Below, in pieces: positions 50,417 to 58,833 of a stretch of DNA of 64,000 bases (its first letter is position 1; each line of letters starts with the position of its first letter). Origin of the DNA: an uncultured Gammaproteobacteria bacterium (lineage in GTDB: Bacteria; Patescibacteriota; Patescibacteriia; XYB2-FULL-38-15); NCBI GenBank assembly GCA_965231095.1, contig OZ246416.1, positions 343,277 through 407,276 on the forward strand. The letters run 5' to 3'. A program made the position numbers and the translations under genes. The notes under the pieces are model-generated. The model ran no database searches and had not been told where the DNA came from. It saw only the letters and a program-made list of their open reading frames with translations.

Positions 50417-50445
50417 ATTTAAATCGTTTTCTCTGATTTTGTCAA
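50417..50445 (-). promoter_or_regulatory. Candidate promoter on minus strand (TTGACA-17-TTAAAT) for the LysM/ZnF gene
   Basis: Hexamers read on reverse complement. Confidence 0.45.
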
Positions 50446-50446
50446 C

Positions 50447-50480
50447 CCCAAAAACAAAAATCGCCGCCAAACCAAGCGGC
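50447..50480 (-). terminator. dnaJ intrinsic terminator (gccgc...gcggc hairpin + TTTTTGTTTTTGGGG on minus strand)
   Basis: Stem-loop and T-run read directly. Confidence 0.5.
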
Positions 50481-50509
50481 AATTTTTAAAATTTTAAAAT
50501 ACCAAAAAC

Positions 50510-51586
50510 TTAACTCTTATCCAATTCTTCCAATAATTCTTTTTGCCGACGGGAAAGATTGGTCGGCGTCATAACAATAACTTCCACCAGTTGATCCCCG
50601 CGGCCGTAACTATTTAAATGCGGCACGCCTTTTCCTTTCAAACGGAAAATCTGTCCCGACTGCGTTCCCTCCGGAATGGTTAATTTTATTTTTCCATCCA
50701 AAGTTTCTATTTCAATTTTTTCACCCAGCGCCGCCTGACTAAAATTTATTTCCACCCGACTTAAAATATCATCTTTCTTTCTTTTAAATTCTTTATCCGG
50801 CGCGATACTCATTGTCACAAATAAATCTCCTGCCTTTCCGCCGTGTTCGGCTGCCTCCCCTTCTCCGGAAATTTTTATCGTCTCGCCGTCATCAATCCCG
50901 GCCGGAATTTTTATTTTCAATTTTTGGCTGTCGCGGGTAACGCCTTTGCCGCGGCAAACTGAACATTCTTTTTCCGGAATTTTTCCCGCCCCGCCGCACT
51001 TACTGCAAGTCGCAACTGTTTGAATATTTCCTAAAAATGTTCGCTGGAGAACTTGCACCCGACCCGATCCGCCGCAATTTACGCAAGAGACAACTTTACT
51101 TTTGGGATCCGCGCCGCTTCCCCCGCAATTTTTACAAACGGAGGGCTTATACATTTCTAAAACTTTTTCCGTGCCAAAAATTGCTTCGCGAAAATCAATC
51201 CTCATTTCAACTTCAATATCCCGGCCGCGGGAGGCGCGCGATTTTTTTCTTCCGCCGCCAAAAACATCGCCAAATCCAAACATCTCTCCCAAATCTCCCA
51301 TATCAAAACCATTAGCAAAACCGGAAAAATCCCTGAAGCCCTCAAAACCAGAAAAACCACCTTGACCCTGAGCGTTTTCAAAGGTGGTTCCGAATTGGTC
51401 GTACTGTTGGCGTTTCTCCGGATTTCCCAAAACTTGGTAGGCCTCGTTGATTTCTTTAAACTGATCCGCGTTCCCGCCATTTTTATCCGGATGATATTTG
51501 TGCGCCAACTCGCGGAAGGCTTTTTTAATTTCTTCCGCTGACGCAGTTTTCGAAACGCCTAAAATTTTATAATAATCTTTTGCCAT
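50510..51586 (-). CDS. dnaJ: Molecular chaperone DnaJ (start placed at MAKDYYKILGV with AAGGAAA RBS; ORF track extends to 51709)
   Basis: J-domain HPD motif (KYHPDKN), G/F-rich linker, four CxxCxGxG zinc repeats. Confidence 0.9.
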   Translation of the reverse strand: MAKDYYKILGVSKTASAEEIKKAFRELAHKYHPDKNGGNADQFKEINEAYQVLGNPEKRQQYDQFGTTFENAQGQGGFSGFEGFRDFSGFANGFDMGDLGEMFGFGDVFGGGRKKSRASRGRDIEVEMRIDFREAIFGTEKVLEMYKPSVCKNCGGSGADPKSKVVSCVNCGGSGRVQVLQRTFLGNIQTVATCSKCGGAGKIPEKECSVCRGKGVTRDSQKLKIKIPAGIDDGETIKISGEGEAAEHGGKAGDLFVTMSIAPDKEFKRKKDDILSRVEINFSQAALGEKIEIETLDGKIKLTIPEGTQSGQIFRLKGKGVPHLNSYGRGDQLVEVIVMTPTNLSRRQKELLEELDKS

Positions 51587-51616
51587 CTTCTTTTTCCTTT
51601 TTTCTTTCCGGCGAAA

Positions 51617-51744
51617 ATTAGTCGCTAAGAAAAACTTGCGGAGGCCTCGCGGGCATGGTTTGTCGCGAAGCGACAAGAGCGAGGCCGAGCATTGAGCAGC
51701 GATTTTCACGCTGGGAAAATAGACTGCGTTTTTTCTTGTGACTA
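51617..51744 (-). promoter_or_regulatory. Structured dnaK-dnaJ intergenic element: ~20-bp long-range IR (aattagtcgctaagaaaaa / tttttcttgtgactaatt) enclosing GC stem ggcctcgc...gcgaggcc and inner hairpin ttgtcgcgaagcgacaa
   Basis: Nested inverted repeats read directly. Confidence 0.4.
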
Positions 51745-51755
51745 ATTCGAGCCTC

Positions 51756-53666
51756 TTATTTTACTTCTTCAAACTCCCCTTCCACTGTCTTATCTTTTTT
51801 CTTTTCATCTTTATTCCCTGAGCCTGTCGAAGGGCCGGCTCCACCTTGCGGCGGCTGTTGCTGCTGCTGCGACTGGTACATCGCCGCGCCGACTTTCTGC
51901 GCCGTTTGCGCTAAATCATCAGCCGCTTTCTTGATGGCTTCTTTATCATCGCTATCCTTCACTTTTTTCAACGCTTCCATTTTTTCTTCAATCGCTTTTT
52001 TGTCTTCAGCCTTAACTTTATCTCCCGCGTCTTTTAACATTTTTTCCGTGGTATAAATTATCGTCTCGGCGGTATTTCGCAAATCAATCAATTCTTTTTT
52101 CTTCAAATCATCGGCCGCGTGCGCCTCGGCTTCTTTTTTCATCCGCTCAATTTCATCTTTTGACAAACCGGTTGAGGCAGTAATGGTGATTGATTGTTCA
52201 ACGTTCGTGGCTTTATCTTTTGCTTTCACATTTAAAATTCCATTAGCATCAATATCAAAAGTCACTTCAACCTGCGGCACGCCGCGCGGCGCCGGAGGAA
52301 TTCCCGAAAGCATAAATCTTCCCAAAGTTTTATTATCCGCCGCCATTGGCCGCTCGCCTTGCAACACATGAATCTCAACCGAAGTCTGGCCATCAGCAGC
52401 CGTAGAAAATACTTGCGACTTGGAAGTCGGGACTGTGGTATTGCGGTTGATTAATGGAGTCAAAACTCCGCCCAATGTTTCTAAGCCCAAAGTTAATGGT
52501 GTAACATCAAGCAATAAAATATCGCGCACTTCTCCTTGCATAACTCCGGCCTGAACCGCCGCGCCAATCGCCACAACTTCATCGGGATTGACCGACAAGT
52601 TTGGTTTTTTTCTAAAAAAGTTTTCCACGGTCTGCAAAACCAAAGGCATTCTTGTCATTCCGCCGACCATGACCACTTCCTGAATATCTTTAATATCCAT
52701 TTTCGCGTCGGCCAATGCTTTTTTGCACGGCTCCAAAGTCGCCTGAACCAAATCGCCAACCAATTCTTCCAATTTTGCCCGCGTCATTTTCATTACCAAA
52801 TGTTTCGGTCCGCCGGCGTCGGAAGTAATGAATGGCTGATTGATTTCCGATTCCATGGCGGTTGATAATTCTATTTTCGCTTTTTCCGCCGCTTCTTTAA
52901 TTCTTTGCAACGCCAAATTATCTTTTGATAAATCAATCCCCTGATCTTTTTTAAATTCATTCAAAATCCAGTGAATTATTCTCTGGTCAAAATCGTCGCC
53001 GCCCAAATGCGTGTCGCCGTTTGTCGCTTTCACTTCCACCGTGTCCTGGCCAATATCCAAGACCGAAACATCAAAAGTTCCGCCGCCCAAATCGTAAACG
53101 ACAATTTGCTGTCCTTTTTTCTTATCCAAACCATAAGCCAAGGCCGCGGCGGTTGGTTCGTTAATAATTCGGCGAACTTTCAAGCCCGCGATTTCTCCGG
53201 CTTCTTTGGTCGCCTGGCGTTGCGCGTCGTCAAAATAAGCCGGCACGGTGATGACCGCTTCTTCAATTTTCTCCCCGATTTTTTCTTCCGCGTCGCTTTT
53301 CATTTTCTGCAAAACCATGGCGGAGATTTCCTGCGGAGAATATTCTTTGTCCGACATTTTTATTTTCACCCCGACTCCGGATTGGACAATTTTAAAAGGC
53401 AAAACTTTCATATCGCGCTGTACTTCCGTATCGTCAAAACGCCGGCCGATTAAACGCTTAATGGAATAAAGTGTGTTTTCCGGATTGGTCACCGATTGGC
53501 GTTTAGCAATCTGTCCGACCAATCTTTCGCCGTTTTTTGAAACAGCGACAACCGAAGGCGTGGTTCTCGCGCCCTCTTTATTTTCCAACACTTTCGGCTC
53601 GCCGCCTTCAATGACGGCCATGCAAGAATTAGTAGTTCCGAGATCTATACCTAAAATCTTTGGCAT
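51756..53666 (-). CDS. dnaK: Molecular chaperone DnaK (Hsp70)
   Basis: 636 aa; [19 protein letters not shown]-terminal EEVK-like tail. Confidence 0.95.
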   Translation of the reverse strand: MPKILGIDLGTTNSCMAVIEGGEPKVLENKEGARTTPSVVAVSKNGERLVGQIAKRQSVTNPENTLYSIKRLIGRRFDDTEVQRDMKVLPFKIVQSGVGVKIKMSDKEYSPQEISAMVLQKMKSDAEEKIGEKIEEAVITVPAYFDDAQRQATKEAGEIAGLKVRRIINEPTAAALAYGLDKKKGQQIVVYDLGGGTFDVSVLDIGQDTVEVKATNGDTHLGGDDFDQRIIHWILNEFKKDQGIDLSKDNLALQRIKEAAEKAKIELSTAMESEINQPFITSDAGGPKHLVMKMTRAKLEELVGDLVQATLEPCKKALADAKMDIKDIQEVVMVGGMTRMPLVLQTVENFFRKKPNLSVNPDEVVAIGAAVQAGVMQGEVRDILLLDVTPLTLGLETLGGVLTPLINRNTTVPTSKSQVFSTAADGQTSVEIHVLQGERPMAADNKTLGRFMLSGIPPAPRGVPQVEVTFDIDANGILNVKAKDKATNVEQSITITASTGLSKDEIERMKKEAEAHAADDLKKKELIDLRNTAETIIYTTEKMLKDAGDKVKAEDKKAIEEKMEALKKVKDSDDKEAIKKAADDLAQTAQKVGAAMYQSQQQQQPPQGGAGPSTGSGNKDEKKKDKTVEGEFEEVK

Positions 53667-53684
53667 ATTATTTATACTTTGTAA

Positions 53685-54386
53685 TTATTTATTTTTGTTA
53701 ATTATATTTTGTGCGTATTTTGACGGCACACAAAGCCCCATGTTGGCAGGAATGTCCGCAACTTTTCCGTCAGGCAACGGAATTTTTGAAGAAATTTTTC
53801 CGCTTGCCATCGCCACAACTTTTCCGCTATCTACGGAAAAAACCGGCGAACCGCTGGAGCCGTTATTAATGTGTGTATCAACCATAAAAAAATGCAACGA
53901 GCCATCAACGCCTCTCCTTTTGACAGCGCTGATAATACATTTACTCGCATTCATCGTGACGCCAAAATTCATCATCATGAGTTCTAAAGCCAACGGATAA
54001 CCCAAAATCAAAACTTCGTCACCTTCGTTAATTTTTTCCGAGTCATCAAATCCTTCAATTGCCTGAAATTCCGCCGCACTATCCGTTATCTGCATTAATG
54101 CCGTGTCATTTTCAACATCAATATCCAAAAACTTCATTGGATATTTTTTGTAGTGAGCAATTCCCCTTTCGTCAATTTTGTCTGGAAGCATAATGCCCAA
54201 ATACTGCCGATCATTTTCTGCGATTTGGTTGTAGACGTGTGCACAAGTTAAAAATTTACCGTCCGAGCTAACTACAAAACCCGTGCCGCGTATGCTAACC
54301 TGGCTTTGTCCATTTGCCGACGGTTTTTCAATCGCCACTAAACCGATTGATTTTTTGTTTTCTCCAATAATTTTTGACGTTTTCAT
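53685..54386 (-). CDS. Trypsin-like (S1/S1C-type) serine peptidase, apparently cytoplasmic (no signal peptide, no PDZ)
   Basis: 233 aa; His motif TCAHV, Ser motif GSSGSPVF. Confidence 0.75.
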   Translation of the reverse strand: MKTSKIIGENKKSIGLVAIEKPSANGQSQVSIRGTGFVVSSDGKFLTCAHVYNQIAENDRQYLGIMLPDKIDERGIAHYKKYPMKFLDIDVENDTALMQITDSAAEFQAIEGFDDSEKINEGDEVLILGYPLALELMMMNFGVTMNASKCIISAVKRRGVDGSLHFFMVDTHINNGSSGSPVFSVDSGKVVAMASGKISSKIPLPDGKVADIPANMGLCVPSKYAQNIINKNK

Positions 54387-54393
54387 ATCAATT

Positions 54394-54945
54394 TTATTTA
54401 TAAATTATTTTTTTATTAAAATTTACGAACTCCCCAATTTTATTATCTAATCTCTCTCGGTACCTGGGATAATATTTTTCAGGACTACCGTATTTTTGTA
54501 GAGCGCTTGCTTTCGGTAAAAAAAATATTGGTTTTTGGAAAGCCAAACAGGAAAGGACTACTACGTGATAGTCGGAAGTTGCTCGGACGGGGTAAATTCC
54601 TCCCATAGCCAACGCCACATCGAAGGGTCCATACTTTTTGACCATCTCATCAATAACGGGACCCTGGGTGCCCGAAAGAATTTGTTCGAGTTTGAGTTTT
54701 TCAAATCTTCCGTCAGAATTAGAACAAAGCTCTCCCTCTAAAGTAAGAATTCTCGTCCCTGCGCTAATTTCACCGCCGTAACTTGAATAAATATCGCCCC
54801 TTGTACAACAGGCGTCCAGAACGATACTCCCCGTACGGCCTTGTATTAATTGCCTAGTCAAACTCGATCCCCAATCTACAATTTCTGATTTAACTCCGCC
54901 GCCGTCAGGAGTGTTTAAAAAACATTTTAAAATTTTTTGAGACAT
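54394..54945 (-). CDS. Hypothetical protein co-operonic with the trypsin-like peptidase and dnaK
   Basis: 183 aa; 8-nt gap to downstream peptidase gene; no recognisable domain. Confidence 0.4.
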   Translation of the reverse strand: MSQKILKCFLNTPDGGGVKSEIVDWGSSLTRQLIQGRTGSIVLDACCTRGDIYSSYGGEISAGTRILTLEGELCSNSDGRFEKLKLEQILSGTQGPVIDEMVKKYGPFDVALAMGGIYPVRATSDYHVVVLSCLAFQKPIFFLPKASALQKYGSPEKYYPRYRERLDNKIGEFVNFNKKIIYK

Positions 54946-55031
54946 AAAGTTATAAATTATTTATTTTAATTCTCCGCAAATTTCTGTTCTCCGCCTTGGG
55001 CGGAGGACAATTTATCTGCAAACAATTACTC

Positions 55032-55059
55032 TTGACTTTTTTTAAATTTGTGATAGAAT
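55032..55059 (+). promoter_or_regulatory. Near-consensus sigma70 promoter TTGACT-16-TAGAAT upstream of a GC-rich small gene
   Basis: Hexamers read directly. Confidence 0.5.
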
Positions 55060-55119
55060 TTTTCATTCGGATGATCATTTTCTCCCCCTGAGGGAGCGAC
55101 CGAAAAGGAGGGCAAACCA

Positions 55120-55413
55120 GTGGAAAAACCTCGGGACATAAATCTGCTCGGTCTGGCTATCATCGAACATCGCGGCGACGGCGAGACCGTTGTCGGCAGA
55201 ATCGAATTCGCCAGTGTGACCGGCGATGGCTGTCTCGACGTTGACTGGCATCACACCGGCGACTGGGTGATGGGCAGAGAGACGCTGTTCATACCGAAGT
55301 GCTGGCGCTGCAACGTCGCGGCGAACGGCATCTTCCTCGAGCGCACCAGCAAGGAGCCGCACGGACTCAAGAGTCCGTGGCACGACGCAGAGCTGTACGA
55401 GATCCTGTGGTAG
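55120..55413 (+). CDS. Hypothetical 97-aa protein in a GC-rich islet (GTG start, AAGGAGGG RBS, TAG stop)
   Basis: Promoter-RBS-ORF-terminator architecture on plus strand; ~60% GC; contains CWRC and WHH motifs but no recognised domain. Confidence 0.5.
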   Translation: MEKPRDINLLGLAIIEHRGDGETVVGRIEFASVTGDGCLDVDWHHTGDWVMGRETLFIPKCWRCNVAANGIFLERTSKEPHGLKSPWHDAELYEILW

Positions 55414-55443
55414 AGGGCGACAGCGATCCCGTTCCGCCTCATC

Positions 55444-55485
55444 AACGCGTTCATTCGGAACTCTTCCGGGTGGCGCGTTTTTTTA
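55444..55485 (+). terminator. Intrinsic terminator (aacgcg...cgcgtt stem with nested cggaa/ttccg, then T8)
   Basis: Read directly; abuts the hsp20 stop on the opposite strand. Confidence 0.55.
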
Positions 55486-55896
55486 TTTCTTCCCCTTCAC
55501 CACTTTCACTTTAATCGCCTTGCTCTTCGCTTCCGGCGCTTTGGGGATTGTGATTTTCAACATTCCATTTTCCGATTTGGCTTCGGCTTTGTTCCCGAGA
55601 ACCGCGACCGGCAAGCGGACCGAGCGGTGAAAACTTCCGTAGCGGACTTCTTTGCGGTAAAAATTCTTTTCATCAACTTCGCTTTGCCGTTCAGTTTTTC
55701 CGTCAACGGTTAAGACATCATTTTCAATGGAAACTTCCACATCTTCCGGATCAATGCCGGTAAGCGGAGTTTCAACAACGACCGCGTCTTTGGTTTGATA
55801 AATATCCAACGCCGGGACAAAACCGCCCACGCCTTCTTCAAAAAATCTGTCCAAATCTCCAAATTGTTCCCAGGGATTCCATTTGATAATTGGCAT
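55483..55896 (-). CDS. Hsp20/alpha-crystallin family small heat shock protein
   Basis: 137 aa; alpha-crystallin domain (DIYQTKDAVVVETPLTG...GMLKITIPK). Confidence 0.85.
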   Translation of the reverse strand: MPIIKWNPWEQFGDLDRFFEEGVGGFVPALDIYQTKDAVVVETPLTGIDPEDVEVSIENDVLTVDGKTERQSEVDEKNFYRKEVRYGSFHRSVRLPVAVLGNKAEAKSENGMLKITIPKAPEAKSKAIKVKVVKGKK

Positions 55897-55918
55897 AGTT
55901 TTTTAAATTAATAATTTT

Positions 55919-56404
55919 TTATTCACTAACAATTACTTTTGCCGCGATGAGCGTTTTTCCATTCATCTTATATCCGCCAGCAACTTCTTCAACTATCATA
56001 TCCGATTCCACGCCTTCTTTTTTCATCCGGCTCACCGCTTCGTGAAATTCCGGATTGAATTTTTCTCCGACAGATTTTATTTCTTCCACGCCGAATTTTT
56101 TAAAAACTTCCTCAAATTGTTTTTTGATATTTAAAATTCCCTCAACCCATTTATCTCCGCTATTTTCCATGGCGCACGCTTTTTTCAATCCGTCGTAAAT
56201 CGGCAAAAATTTCATCAACATCCCGCCCGCGACAAATTGCGCCAGCTCCGCGCTCGCTGTTTCATTTTCTTTTTTTAAATTCAAATAATCGGCTTTCGCC
56301 CGTTTCCATCCATTCAAATATTCTTCCGCCTGTTTTTTACACGCTTCCAATTCCGAGAGAGCCGCATCTTTTTTTTCTTCTGTTTTTTGCTTATCGTCTG
56401 CCAT
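55919..56404 (-). CDS. grpE: Nucleotide exchange factor GrpE
   Basis: 161 aa; coiled-coil N-terminus and C-terminal GrpE beta-domain. Confidence 0.85.
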   Translation of the reverse strand: MADDKQKTEEKKDAALSELEACKKQAEEYLNGWKRAKADYLNLKKENETASAELAQFVAGGMLMKFLPIYDGLKKACAMENSGDKWVEGILNIKKQFEEVFKKFGVEEIKSVGEKFNPEFHEAVSRMKKEGVESDMIVEEVAGGYKMNGKTLIAAKVIVSE

Positions 56405-56406
56405 AA

Positions 56407-57099
56407 TTATATTTTATTTAACAAATCTTTCACTTCGCGGATAAGGGCGATGTTTTTTCCGTAATCCATCCGGATCGGTCCCAAAACCGCAACAAGTCCA
56501 GTCTTTTTATTTTTTCCGCGGTATTTGCTGACGACCGCGCCGCAACTTTCGCTGAACGGATTTTTCTTGCCGATTAAAACTTTTATTTCCTCTTTTGTCT
56601 CTTCAAAAATCTCATTTATAATTTCGTCCAAATGATCAACGACTTCGCCGATCCGATAAACCAAATCCTGGTCGTGGAATTCCGGCTTGGCAAAAAGATT
56701 GGAAAGTCCGGTGTAATAAACATCATTTTTCCCGAAAGCCAAAATCACGGCTTCCTCAGTTAGTTCGGCCAGAACTTTAGCCAAACTTTTTTCCGGATAT
56801 TCCGTTGCCCGCGCCGCCCGTTCCAGTTCTTTTTTTTCTTTTCCCGCGGCTTCCAGTTTTCCTTCCGGCAAATTGGCCAGATAAAAATTAAAACCTGCCT
56901 CGGTCGGAATCCGGCCGGCGGAAGTGTGCGGCTGAACAAGATATCCTTCTTCTTCCAAATCCGCCATCTCATTTCGTAATGTTGCCGAACTTATTTTAAA
57001 ACCGCCCCGTCCGGCCAACATTTTTGAAGCAACCGGCGTGGCTTTTTTTATATATTCGTGGATAACCGACAAGAGCAATTTTTCCTTTCGTTTTTCCAT
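56407..57099 (-). CDS. hrcA: Heat-inducible transcription repressor HrcA (short form)
   Basis: 230 aa; N-terminal winged-helix region LLSVIHEYIKKATPVASKML...SSATLRNEMADLEEEGYL. Confidence 0.85.
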   Translation of the reverse strand: MEKRKEKLLLSVIHEYIKKATPVASKMLAGRGGFKISSATLRNEMADLEEEGYLVQPHTSAGRIPTEAGFNFYLANLPEGKLEAAGKEKKELERAARATEYPEKSLAKVLAELTEEAVILAFGKNDVYYTGLSNLFAKPEFHDQDLVYRIGEVVDHLDEIINEIFEETKEEIKVLIGKKNPFSESCGAVVSKYRGKNKKTGLVAVLGPIRMDYGKNIALIREVKDLLNKI

Positions 57100-57119
57100 A
57101 TTAAACTATTTTATACCTG

Positions 57120-57146
57120 TTAGCAATCGGCGTCAAGGACTGCTAA
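57120..57146 (-). promoter_or_regulatory. CIRCE operator (TTAGCAATC-N9-GACTGCTAA) upstream of hrcA-grpE
   Basis: Matches CIRCE consensus TTAGCACTC-N9-GAGTGCTAA at 15/18 positions; ~25-50 nt upstream of hrcA start. Confidence 0.7.
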
Positions 57147-57201
57147 TACCATTTTACAAAACCAAAAAGCAGCCGTCAAGGCTGCCTTTCTTAATCTCTA
57201 A

Positions 57202-57852
57202 TTACTTATTAAACTGATGCCCAATTTCCGAAAGAAGAACATTTTCCACATGAATTCCCCGCGGATGGAAAATTCTGTCCAGCTCGTTCGTGATCGCCAT
57301 TTCAATTTGATTTCTCTGGAGCGAGACAATATCTTGTCCGGAGTAAAGCGAAGCAATCATGCGGAGCCGGCTTCTAATCGTCGGCCGAATAATTTTTTCC
57401 ACAAAATCTTCGCCGATGTTTTGCCAGATGTATGGAATCTGTTCCATATCCAGCCGCAAAAGAATTGTTCCTTCAATTCCAATATTTTTACTATCAAGCG
57501 TCACGGCGCCAATCGGCGCGTCGCCTAAAGCGCGGAGATTATTAACATTAAAATCTTTGCTGATATTATATTCCAAAGTTTGAGTATTAAACAATTTTGC
57601 TCTCTGCCAGAATGGAATTTTCAAATGCAAACCGGGATGCAAAACTTTTTTCAGGACTCCCCTGCCCAAATCGTAAACGCAAGCAACATAACCCGGCGGG
57701 ACAGTGATAAAAAAGCCCTTTAAGACGTCCTCCACGACAAACGAATACATTATTTTGTCTAAGGAATCAGCCATAAATAAGTGAAAAGTTAAAAGTCGAC
57801 CTAATGCTATATTAGCGGATTCACGCTTTTTGTCAAGGACACAAGACCCCAT
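57202..57852 (-). CDS. SPFH/band-7 domain protein (prohibitin-like); probable start at MADSLDK
   Basis: 216 aa ORF; SPFH-like core ...KIPFWQRAKLFNTQTLEY... Confidence 0.75.
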   Translation of the reverse strand: MGSCVLDKKRESANIALGRLLTFHLFMADSLDKIMYSFVVEDVLKGFFITVPPGYVACVYDLGRGVLKKVLHPGLHLKIPFWQRAKLFNTQTLEYNISKDFNVNNLRALGDAPIGAVTLDSKNIGIEGTILLRLDMEQIPYIWQNIGEDFVEKIIRPTIRSRLRMIASLYSGQDIVSLQRNQIEMAITNELDRIFHPRGIHVENVLLSEIGHQFNK

Positions 57853-58089
57853 TAGAAGTTTATGTAAATCTACGTATCCGGCCGGAGCAACGGATATTTT
57901 TATTAAAATTATTTATTTATCTAGTTTAAAAACCTTTACTTCTAACGGGGTTAATAACTGCCAACGAAATTTTATTCGCCCGCGGCTCTAAAATTTCGGG
58001 CCAGTTAATAAAAGAGCGCCGTGACGAATGAATCGTCACGGCGCCGTATCGCGACTTCCTCGCGCGGAGGATTTCCGCACTTGGAAGTA

Positions 58090-58800
58090 CTGATCGAATT
58101 GCGGACACCGCAGAGCGAACGGGGTTGATGCGGGTATCTAATCCGCTCCCGACGCCCGGAACCGTGCTGGCGCCTTGCAGCCCAGATCGATCACGGTTGT
58201 GTCCGCCGTCCACTTGGAGAAAATCCTGGCCTCGAGCTTAGGGTCTTCGGATTTCCACCAAGTGTGCGCCCTCGCCGTGGCGCGCCCGAACCGCCGTAGC
58301 GGTTGGACTTGGGTAAGTAACGCGGGGGCCCCGCGCGTTCTCCCCATACGGCGACTTCATTGCAGTCAGCACAGAGCCTGTGGCCAAAAGCCCGAACCAT
58401 GCTCTCCTTGCTGCTGCAACGTTCCCGCGCCGGGCTCTATCCCTAACCCTTCCAGGGCATAGGCGGATGTCGCGGCAGCACCCCCTTGGGTGGCCCGCTC
58501 GTCCGAGAGCCGGTGGCGCAGGTTGCGCGGCGGTCGAAGGACGGACGGAGGAAGATCGGGGCCGCTGGCGCCGACTCTGTCCATGCGTCCCCATCGAACC
58601 GACCGCGACTTCGTACCGCGCCGAAGCGCGATGTTTTTTGGAGCCCGGCGGCGGCATCTGATCCTGAGGGACCGCCGCCGGGCAAGGAAGGAGGCACACC
58701 GTCGGGTCCGGACTTTCCGGAACAAGAGGTCGCTACGCACCTCCGTGGACGGTGTGGCTGCGGCAGATGGGGCACGGGACGATCCCTGCCGCAACTTTAT
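58090..58800 (-). ncRNA. rnpB: GC-rich structured RNA, probable RNase P RNA (rnpB) with expansion segments; boundaries approximate
   Basis: Minus strand carries GGAAAGUCCGG (P4 5' strand, plus 58709-58719), then AAGGGUUAGGG, GCAAGGCG and CACGGUUCCGGGCGUCGGG segments in the same order as bacterial RNase P CR-I to CR-IV; no plausible ORF; adjacent to tRNAs. Confidence 0.4.
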
Positions 58801-58833
58801 GCCAACGCGAGCTTGCGCTCGCGGAAGCTTCGG

